DNA of 64,000 nucleotides from Candidatus Babeliales bacterium (GTDB lineage: Bacteria; Babelota; Babeliae; Babelales; JBFXEV01): positions 1,289,994-1,353,993 of the forward strand of contig JBFXEV010000001.1 in the NCBI GenBank assembly GCA_050179755.1, given 5' to 3'. Both the position numbers and the translations under genes were made by a program. This document shows, one piece after another, positions 56,424 through 64,000 of the stretch; position 1 is the first letter of the stretch; each line of letters opens with the position of its first letter. The notes below the pieces were generated by a model. The model was not told where the DNA came from. It was given only the letters and a program-made list of their open reading frames with translations, and ran no database searches.

Positions 56424-57191
56424 TTATTTATTATTCGATTTATTATTGCCATAAAAAATTGCCCATTTTAAAAGTGCTTTTTCTTCTTGTGTTTGTGGGG
56501 TTATTGCGTTTTCACCTAAACCGATTGCAATCTGCTTTAACTGTACGTAAAGATGATCGCGTAATTTTGTGGTGCAACAGTCACACGCATGCCCGACATG
56601 TTCAGGAGTTGCACAAAAAACGGTATCTTTGCAGCAACGCTCTAATATGCCATTTGTGACTCTTATTTCTATAAGCCTCTTACAGCTTCGGCATATTCCT
56701 GAGGCGATAAGGCATTGTTGGCCTTGATGAGTTGCCCCCACTGCAAGATCTTTAGACAGAGCATACACGTGCTCAATATTTTGGCTTGTGATAGAGCTAC
56801 CTTGCAACGTATCAACATTTTTCTTCATTTCAGCAAGAACTTGCCACAAGGTTACTGATCTTCGACTACTTTCTACAAGCGTATTATCCGTTTGACAAAA
56901 AAGCGCTAATTTAAACAAGCGTTGAGCACGATAATCATCAATACAACCTACATTGCTAATAACATCAACAGTAATCTTTTCAAGAAAAGTCAACGTTTCT
57001 TCAGGCTGCCCTTTAAAAGAGCGCGGGGCTTCACGCACCCAGCCCTGCCACAGTTGTGCGCGGGCCTCATCTTTTTCTTTTTGTGATGCAAGCACCTTTT
57101 TTGCTGAAAAAACATGGCGCGAACTACGATCCATGGCTTGCATAGAAATAGCACTAAGCATCAACATACATATACTTTTTTTGAATGACAT
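56424..57191 (-). CDS. Secreted Cys-rich hypothetical protein
   Basis: MSFKKSICMLMLSAISMQA|MDR; CRSC, CDCC; ALLKWAIFY. Confidence 0.65.
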   Translation of the reverse strand: MSFKKSICMLMLSAISMQAMDRSSRHVFSAKKVLASQKEKDEARAQLWQGWVREAPRSFKGQPEETLTFLEKITVDVISNVGCIDDYRAQRLFKLALFCQTDNTLVESSRRSVTLWQVLAEMKKNVDTLQGSSITSQNIEHVYALSKDLAVGATHQGQQCLIASGICRSCKRLIEIRVTNGILERCCKDTVFCATPEHVGHACDCCTTKLRDHLYVQLKQIAIGLGENAITPQTQEEKALLKWAIFYGNNKSNNK

Positions 57192-57337
57192 ATTAATTTC
57201 CCTAAAGTAACAATAGCGCTGCAGAGTTCTAGTATAACATGGCATGCTGTCGCTTGAATAGGGCATTTCTAGCATTGCATTGGACTATTTACCTTAATTT
57301 GCTAGACTTAAACCATACCATTTGACGAAAGGCAGCA

Positions 57338-59170
57338 TTGAGCATTATGGATCCCAAACAGCTGGATTTAAAACAATTTACTCCTGATAAAATACGCAAT
57401 TTTTCTATAGTTGCACACATAGACCATGGTAAATCTACGCTTTCTGATAGATTACTTGAATTTACTGGCACATTATCAGATAGAACAAAAAAAGATCAAT
57501 TTTTGGATAAACTCCAAGTTGAGCAAGAGCGCGGCATTACCGTAAAAGCTCAAACTGCATCAATGGTGTATACCTACAAGGGGCAACAGTATTTATTGAA
57601 TCTCATTGACACCCCAGGCCACGTAGACTTTAGTTATGAAGTTTCTCGTTCACTCTACGCTTGCCAAGGAGCCCTTCTGTTAGTAGATGCTGGCCAAGGC
57701 GTGCAAGCCCAAACAATGGCAAATTTCTATTTAGCTTTTGAACAAGATCTTAGCATTGTACCCGTTATTAATAAAATTGACCTTCCCACTGCACAAGTCG
57801 AGCGTGTTTCCAAGGAAATGTTCCAGATCTTTGACTTTGAAAAAAAAGAACTTATTATGGCTTCTGCCAAAAAAGGGATTGGCATAACCGAAATTTTAGA
57901 TGCAATCATTGAACGCATGCCTGCCCCCAAAAGTACTAACGATACGCCGCTCAAAGCCCTTCTTTTTGACTCATGGTATGACGAATATAAAGGAGTTATT
58001 TGTTTAGTAGCGGTGCACAACGGCTCACTTGCAAAAGGCGACATGATTGAACTTGCGCATACCGGTAACGAGTATGAAGTGCTTGAATGCGGCCTTATGT
58101 ACCCAGATCAAGTTCCTATGCAAGCTCTCTATGCAGGTCAAGTAGGTTATGTAATCACCGGTATGAAAACGGTCAAAGAAGCACAAGTTGGTGATACCAT
58201 ATTCCATCGCAAGCAAAAAGGAACGCCGTTTCCTGGCTTTAAAAAAGCAAAACCCATGGTCTTTGCAGGTATTTACCCTGTTGAAAGTTCTGAGTTTGAA
58301 TTATTGCGTGATGCTATTGAAAAATTAACACTGAATGATGCTAGCGTGACCGTTGAAAAAAAATCATCTACAGCGCTTGGCATTGGCTTTCGCTGCGGTT
58401 TTTTGGGTCTTTTGCATATGGACGTATTTAAGCAGCGGCTTGAGCAAGAATATAATATTTCATGCATATCCACCGCGCCAAGTGTATTATATAAAGTTAC
58501 TTTAAAAAGTGGGGAAGTGCTTAACATTGAAAGCCCGTCAGACTTTCCTGATGCTGGGCGCATTGAATTTGTGGAAGAACCTATTATTAATGCTACCATT
58601 ATTGTACCGCAACAATATCTTGGTCTCATTTTAACGCTGTGCAAAGAAAAACGTGGCGAACAAATAGAAATGAGTTATCTTTCTGAAGAGCGGCTCATTT
58701 TGAAATATCGGCTACCGCTTAATGAAGTGGCCTCAGATTTTTATGACGAACTAAAATCGCTTAGCTCTGGCTATGCAAGCTTTGACTATGAAGAAGCAGG
58801 GTTTCAAATTGCTGATTTGGTTAAACTTGATATCTTGCTCAATGGCCAGCCCGTTGATGCGCTTTCTACTATTGTGCATGATGATAAAGCCTATTATATG
58901 GGCCGAGAGCTCACACAGCGTTTGCGCAAAGTTATCCCCCGCCAATTATTTGAAGTGGCAATTCAGGCTGCCATTGGCGCAAAAGTTATTGCACGTGAAT
59001 CAATCAGCGCCTTGCGCAAAGACGTTATTGCAAAATGCTATGGTGGTGATATTACACGTAAACGTAAATTACTAGAAAAACAAAAAGAAGGTAAAAAGAA
59101 AATGAAGCAAGTGGGTACGGTTCGCGTGCCACAAGAAGCGTTCATGGCAATTCTTAAAAAAGGTGAATAA
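57338..59170 (+). CDS. lepA: Elongation factor 4 (LepA)
   Basis: [61 protein letters not shown]. Confidence 0.97.
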   Translation: MSIMDPKQLDLKQFTPDKIRNFSIVAHIDHGKSTLSDRLLEFTGTLSDRTKKDQFLDKLQVEQERGITVKAQTASMVYTYKGQQYLLNLIDTPGHVDFSYEVSRSLYACQGALLLVDAGQGVQAQTMANFYLAFEQDLSIVPVINKIDLPTAQVERVSKEMFQIFDFEKKELIMASAKKGIGITEILDAIIERMPAPKSTNDTPLKALLFDSWYDEYKGVICLVAVHNGSLAKGDMIELAHTGNEYEVLECGLMYPDQVPMQALYAGQVGYVITGMKTVKEAQVGDTIFHRKQKGTPFPGFKKAKPMVFAGIYPVESSEFELLRDAIEKLTLNDASVTVEKKSSTALGIGFRCGFLGLLHMDVFKQRLEQEYNISCISTAPSVLYKVTLKSGEVLNIESPSDFPDAGRIEFVEEPIINATIIVPQQYLGLILTLCKEKRGEQIEMSYLSEERLILKYRLPLNEVASDFYDELKSLSSGYASFDYEEAGFQIADLVKLDILLNGQPVDALSTIVHDDKAYYMGRELTQRLRKVIPRQLFEVAIQAAIGAKVIARESISALRKDVIAKCYGGDITRKRKLLEKQKEGKKKMKQVGTVRVPQEAFMAILKKGE

Positions 59171-59183
59171 AGGAGCACAAACC

Positions 59184-60275
59184 ATGAGTCAAGAAACAAA
59201 TAAATTAACACCTCAACTGCATGTTTTTGAGGGGAATATTTATATTTTTTATGCTTTTGACGTTGGTGATGAAATTAATTTAGCGGCGGTTGAGAAATTG
59301 GAACCAATTTTTACCCGCCCCCTCAATATAGCAAAATATTTTAAGAATTATCATTTACCACTTTCCATTGAATTACCTCACCCTCATTCAAGCGGCAAAT
59401 GCATAAGTGTAAATCTTCATACGTTTGGTGTAATTTCACTTATGTATAAAATTCCATTTGAAGATACCTTGGAAAATCTAAAAAACGAACTTTTGGAAAT
59501 CGATCATGATTATCAAGAACAAAGCGTGGAAGATGCACAAGCTGTTTTTAAAGTAATTAAAAAATACGTTAAACAACCTAACTTTTTCAACTTAAGAACG
59601 TCATATGTGGTCATTCAAGTTGATCAACAGCCAAACACGCTTGACGTTTCACAATTAAAAGAAAAGTTTGGTGGCGTAATTGCCTCACTGTTACGATTTG
59701 AAAAAGAATCACTTTCTGAATATCAAAAGAATGATATTTTAGAAGGTGCTCATGGGTATTACCGCGGTGATCTTTCAGTCATCGATACTGAAGCTGCTTT
59801 TATTTATGATGAAGAATATGAAGAATTACTACCACTCTTTGAATTTGTAAATATACAACAACTTCAATTGCAATACTTTGACCGTGTGCTTGATAACCAA
59901 TTATATTCAGCATATCAACAAGAAGTGCGCAAAACACCGCTCAAAACATATTTACCAATTATTGGTACTGCAATGAAAGACCCCGTCTCTCAACTTGCCA
60001 TGCTCAAAGTTGATATTTCAGCAATCATTGAGCGCTTAGAAAGCAGTATTAAGCTTGCTGGTGAAACGTATATTTCTGAAACGTATTCGATGCTTAATAC
60101 CAAGCTAGAACTTGATAGCTGGCGCGCTTCCATCAATAGTAAACTAAGCATTATTGAAGATATTCACATGATCTACCGGCATAAAACCGATGCCGTGCGC
60201 GAGGATATCTTAACGGTGCTTATTATTATATTGATTACCATAGAAGTGGTTGTTGCTCTTATGGGGCAACGGTAA
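59184..60275 (+). CDS. Membrane protein, possibly RMD1/DUF155-like
   Basis: AAGGAG RBS; YAFDVG N-terminus; C-terminal single TM EDILTVLIIILITIEV. Confidence 0.55.
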   Translation: MSQETNKLTPQLHVFEGNIYIFYAFDVGDEINLAAVEKLEPIFTRPLNIAKYFKNYHLPLSIELPHPHSSGKCISVNLHTFGVISLMYKIPFEDTLENLKNELLEIDHDYQEQSVEDAQAVFKVIKKYVKQPNFFNLRTSYVVIQVDQQPNTLDVSQLKEKFGGVIASLLRFEKESLSEYQKNDILEGAHGYYRGDLSVIDTEAAFIYDEEYEELLPLFEFVNIQQLQLQYFDRVLDNQLYSAYQQEVRKTPLKTYLPIIGTAMKDPVSQLAMLKVDISAIIERLESSIKLAGETYISETYSMLNTKLELDSWRASINSKLSIIEDIHMIYRHKTDAVREDILTVLIIILITIEVVVALMGQR

Positions 60276-60280
60276 ATAAC

Positions 60281-61393
60281 CTACTTCAACTTAGCCTTTG
60301 CTTCTGCTTTGTCAAAACTTGTTGCAGCACGAAGTTTTGCTTTTTTGGCAAGCACATTGGTTGATTCTATTGGATGAGATTGCATATGGTGTAATGCTAG
60401 TTGTGCAAATAAAGCCGATATGCTGCGTTCTGTAACATCTTCCTCTAGAGTAAGCATATGCTCACAAGAGTCGTGAGGGCAGATTACATTTTTGCGCTGG
60501 TTGTTAATTTGCACCATCATTTGCTTGAGCAGCTCATCCTGCATTCTTAATAATTGCCCTTGCGCTTGCACATCAGCACACTCAGGTGTTAAATGTGGAA
60601 TCTTTGTAGAAAGATACAGTGCAACCACTTCTTCTCTTGATTCAGATCTAAATAGCGTTGCCATATTAGAATTTTCAGGATGCGGTGAAACAATATACCA
60701 TGCTCGTGCAGGCTCATGTTGCACACCCTGTGTTTGCCGTGCGTTATTTTCATGTACTGCAGAAACTGCTTGAGGCAAGGGCACCACAGCAGCTTGAGGC
60801 AACTGATATTTATCAAAAAGCTTACGCGCTGTTTCTTTACTTCTTGCAATAAGTTTGGTCATATGTTCATATAATAATGGTTGGTGTTTTGCGCCTAAAA
60901 ACCAATGCTTAAACATATTACTCAAAAGCTTTTTTTCACTGACTTCACTTTGAAGCACCACGTCACAATCGGGGCATTGCATACAATAAGGCATTAAGTC
61001 AGTTTTGCGTTCACGCAATGCATCATTATCCTGCGCTTGCATTAACGCTTTAATTTCAGCAGCGACAGTGGGAAGTGTAACCCCACGACTTCGTACTAGT
61101 TGACTCATATACGTTAACATAAAAGCTGTGCGGTCAACTGAAGCATTTATTGTGGTACTGTCTATAGGATTTACTGCATAGTACATATTTTTTTGTACAC
61201 TGTTTTGAGTCATAACTCTAGAATATTTAGGGCCATCTTCATCAGCTGAGGCAGCTGATTGTTCAACAGGGCTTATCGGACGGCCTCTTTTGCCACCAAG
61301 AATATATTCTTCATCACCATCACTATCCATCGCATGACAATAAGGAACCACAAGCAACAACAACAACAACAATGTACATAAATATTTAATCAT
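60281..61393 (-). CDS. Secreted protein with two C2H2-like domains
   Basis: MIKYLCTLLLLLLVVPYCHA|MDS; CPDC..HWFLGAKH and CPHDSC..HHMQSH. Confidence 0.65.
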   Translation of the reverse strand: MIKYLCTLLLLLLLVVPYCHAMDSDGDEEYILGGKRGRPISPVEQSAASADEDGPKYSRVMTQNSVQKNMYYAVNPIDSTTINASVDRTAFMLTYMSQLVRSRGVTLPTVAAEIKALMQAQDNDALRERKTDLMPYCMQCPDCDVVLQSEVSEKKLLSNMFKHWFLGAKHQPLLYEHMTKLIARSKETARKLFDKYQLPQAAVVPLPQAVSAVHENNARQTQGVQHEPARAWYIVSPHPENSNMATLFRSESREEVVALYLSTKIPHLTPECADVQAQGQLLRMQDELLKQMMVQINNQRKNVICPHDSCEHMLTLEEDVTERSISALFAQLALHHMQSHPIESTNVLAKKAKLRAATSFDKAEAKAKLK

Positions 61394-61394
61394 G

Positions 61395-62408
61395 CTAGTT
61401 TCCTTGTTCAATTTTTTTGCGCGCTTGTTCAAAATCGGGTGCAATCGAACCAACCAGAGTTTGAAGGCAGGGGCTATCTTGTTTATGAAATGCTGCATAA
61501 TGCACGAGTAATTCTTGCACTATGCTCTCAAAATTCGGTGCACCTACTTGATACATACAACCTTGCGCTGGGCACACCAAGCTTGTAATTATACTCCCTT
61601 GGACCATGCATTGTTTTTTTGTTTTTAAAACTAAATCTTCTTCTATTGGTTTAAAAGCGTCTAAGTGGCCTTCTATTTTTTTACTGTTTAAATATGCTTG
61701 TAGCACTTCTTCACGAGAGTCTGCAAAATAAAAATCATATATACCCTCTTTTAGAGGAGGCGTTACAATAAAGCAACGTTCAGGTGACGCTTTTAATTTT
61801 GCGCGAACATTTCTTGTTGGTTCTTCTGATTGCAAATGCTCCGACTCTTCTATTTCTTCATCTTCATTATCTGCTACATTGCGATCACGCTTTTTCTCAA
61901 ATAACAAAGGCTCTTGCTTTTCAGATTCTTCATGATCACTTGGAAATGAAACAACCTTAAACGATTTTCTCTCTTTATGCTTACGCTTGGCTTCAGCATG
62001 GGTTTCTGCCAATAATGCCGTTGCATATGCATGAAGATCTGGCTGATGTCTAGCTGTAGTATACCAATGCGCCAGAAGGGTGGATGTTAACCCTTGCTTT
62101 TTATTTTTTCCAGATGTTAATTTTGAAGTACATTGAGAATCAGGGCAAGTAATAAGCCATTTACTTGCCGCTATACTTTGCCTTCCATGCTTGTTACAAT
62201 ATTTTTGAATTTTTGCCCTCTCACTATCAACATCTAATTCAGAAGCGTGCAATACTGTATTCAACATGACTTTTTGCAATAATGCACCTTTGTATCCGTA
62301 TGTAATAATCTCTGTAGAATCTTCTGGATCAACTGCATGCCACATGCTAAAAGCTGAAATTGGAACCATACAAAAAATTAACCATATTCTTAAGATTTTG
62401 TTTGACAT
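61395..62408 (-). CDS. Secreted protein with two C2H2-like domains (paralog)
   Basis: Signal ending SAFS|MWH; CPDSQC..HWYTTARH and CPAQGC..HYAAFH. Confidence 0.65.
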   Translation of the reverse strand: MSNKILRIWLIFCMVPISAFSMWHAVDPEDSTEIITYGYKGALLQKVMLNTVLHASELDVDSERAKIQKYCNKHGRQSIAASKWLITCPDSQCTSKLTSGKNKKQGLTSTLLAHWYTTARHQPDLHAYATALLAETHAEAKRKHKERKSFKVVSFPSDHEESEKQEPLLFEKKRDRNVADNEDEEIEESEHLQSEEPTRNVRAKLKASPERCFIVTPPLKEGIYDFYFADSREEVLQAYLNSKKIEGHLDAFKPIEEDLVLKTKKQCMVQGSIITSLVCPAQGCMYQVGAPNFESIVQELLVHYAAFHKQDSPCLQTLVGSIAPDFEQARKKIEQGN

Positions 62409-62444
62409 GCATCATCCTTGCTCTTTAGTAAAGCATCAAATAAA

Positions 62445-63227
62445 TTATTTTAAGGCTTGTAATTTTGCCAAAGCTTCCTCAAAACTAGCTGCAATACGTT
62501 TTTCAATTTGTTGATAGTAATCAGAGTCTTGCGCATGCTCTATTAACTGATGCAATACTATTTTAACGCGTAATTGCGTAACTGACAATTGCAATTCCAC
62601 ATGATTACAATGTGGGCAATTTATACTATATTCATTACCGTTTTGTACTATATGTTCATTCACTACTGTTTCACTTTTTGCACGTAAAGTTGCATATTCT
62701 TGTGAAGTGGCATTATCTACCACGTATGATAGATATTTTGCAATAAGCGCTGCACGAGAATAATCAATAAAAGCCAAGTGCCTGTGCAGTTTTGGCTCAA
62801 AACACACTAGATATAAAGGTTGATTGCTGATTTGTGCATGCCACTCCGCAAGCAAAGCATCTAGCTTAGGATCATCAAGTCCAAGCGCATCTAACTCCTT
62901 ATCAAATGAACTTCTTACTAAAGGTAGACCAATGCCATTTGAGGATGCTGCAGCATTAGTAAGTTCGTCTTGTGGGCTGAGCTCAGGCATTACAAGAACG
63001 GGAGGTGGCTCAGGAAGCCTATAGATGGGTTGAAAAACATTACTTGCCTTTACAAATGGCGCCATTGGCGCAACTGTTTGCTGGCATTTTTTTGCTGCCT
63101 CCCACGGTATACGCAGAATTAATCTTTTTTGTGCTGGCTCGATAGATGCGTTACAATCTCTCTGCATGCAAAATAAATGCGTATGTACATTAAAAAAAAG
63201 CACTACTGCCGTTGTTCTCTTATACAT
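62445..63227 (-). CDS. Secreted protein with one C2H2-like domain (paralog)
   Basis: Signal ending HLFC|MQR; CPHC..HQLIEH. Confidence 0.62.
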   Translation of the reverse strand: MYKRTTAVVLFFNVHTHLFCMQRDCNASIEPAQKRLILRIPWEAAKKCQQTVAPMAPFVKASNVFQPIYRLPEPPPVLVMPELSPQDELTNAAASSNGIGLPLVRSSFDKELDALGLDDPKLDALLAEWHAQISNQPLYLVCFEPKLHRHLAFIDYSRAALIAKYLSYVVDNATSQEYATLRAKSETVVNEHIVQNGNEYSINCPHCNHVELQLSVTQLRVKIVLHQLIEHAQDSDYYQQIEKRIAASFEEALAKLQALK

Positions 63228-63255
63228 GCGAAAGTCTCATACCTCTCAATAAAAA

Positions 63256-63999
63256 TTATGTTATTCCGTATAATTTCTTTAAAGCTTCTTCAGGTGACGT
63301 GCAAATGCCTGCAGATACGTTTTGATACCACTCTGAATTTTTGCAATGCGTTACCACAAAATGTGCAAATAACTGAACTATCAAATCTTTTGCACATGGT
63401 GCAACTTCAGTATGGCTACATAACAAGCCACCCGCGCTACATTTAATTGCATACTCGGTTCCCTGCATAAATAGAGGTAGCGTATTTACTTTTTTATGCA
63501 AATGAGCCTGCGCATGGCGCCAAGTTTCTGCATTTACTTCATTAATACAATAAATAAGAATATTTTTTAGCAAGTCAGGCTTGCTATCTGCAGAGAATAT
63601 ACGCACATTTTTAGTCATATAATTATATGCTGCCATACAGTAAATTGAAGGAAGTGCGGGTGGCGCAGCAGATAATTGATCATTATAAGAAGGAGTATCC
63701 AATAACTGAAGCCCTTCCCAATCTAAATACCCTCGGTTCCAAAAATCATCGTCAAAAGCAAATTCAGTTTGAGACGCCACTGCTTGAGGCACTGGTTGTG
63801 GTAAGCCTCCCGCTGTAATTCTAAAACAATCAGGTGGCATCGGAGCATCACTCGCTGCAAGAATCGCATCCACTTTATTTTTTTTCTGAGTTGGTTGCTG
63901 AGCCTCTGGTTCTTCAACAGCTGACTTAAGTTGAGCAAAATATTTTTCTCCGTCAATAATGCCTGCTTCTTGCAGCGCCTGGCATCTCGGCTTTTCGCT
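63256..63999 (-). CDS. Paralog of the C2H2-like family, 5' end beyond the window
   Basis: Frame of 63256..63873 stays open to the window end; CSAGGLLC..HFVVTH. Confidence 0.6.
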   Translation of the reverse strand, partial: SEKPRCQALQEAGIIDGEKYFAQLKSAVEEPEAQQPTQKKNKVDAILAASDAPMPPDCFRITAGGLPQPVPQAVASQTEFAFDDDFWNRGYLDWEGLQLLDTPSYNDQLSAAPPALPSIYCMAAYNYMTKNVRIFSADSKPDLLKNILIYCINEVNAETWRHAQAHLHKKVNTLPLFMQGTEYAIKCSAGGLLCSHTEVAPCAKDLIVQLFAHFVVTHCKNSEWYQNVSAGICTSPEEALKKLYGIT

Positions 64000-64000
64000 G

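Overview
Bacterial chromosome segment of roughly 38-40% GC (estimated by eye). It most resembles an intracellular protist parasite of the Candidatus Dependentiae/Babelota (TM6) type; this is an inference from the many signal-peptide ankyrin proteins, the tandem orphan porin-like family and the reduced core operons. Core genes: dnaK, ychF, hspR-htpX, maf, spoVG, tRNA-Gln, rsmH, murF, ftsK, uppP, acpP, fabD-like, gltX, rpmF, dprA, gyrA, lepA. These alternate with clusters of exported effector-like proteins: ankyrin, ankyrin with an F-box-like motif, kinase-ankyrin, Cys-rich and C2H2-like families. Most notable: (1) about 22 effector-like proteins have Met immediately after the predicted signal-peptidase site, while most envelope proteins do not; (2) a 314-bp MITE with 20-bp TIRs and a 9-bp target duplication carries an inverted REP pair, inside a module bounded by a duplicated tRNA terminator; (3) a modular, nested REP-like repeat family; (4) four tandem Cys-containing beta-barrel-like genes plus a 14-Cys small exported protein, a possible Chlamydia-like cross-linked envelope; (5) a FabD lacking its catalytic Ser next to an intact ACP; (6) a LepA with mitochondrial GUF1-type signatures; (7) an unexplained, compositionally mosaic non-coding block of about 950 bp at 11.0-12.0 kb. 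No CRISPR array, rRNA, transposase or integrase was seen. All calls are by eye, without database searches.
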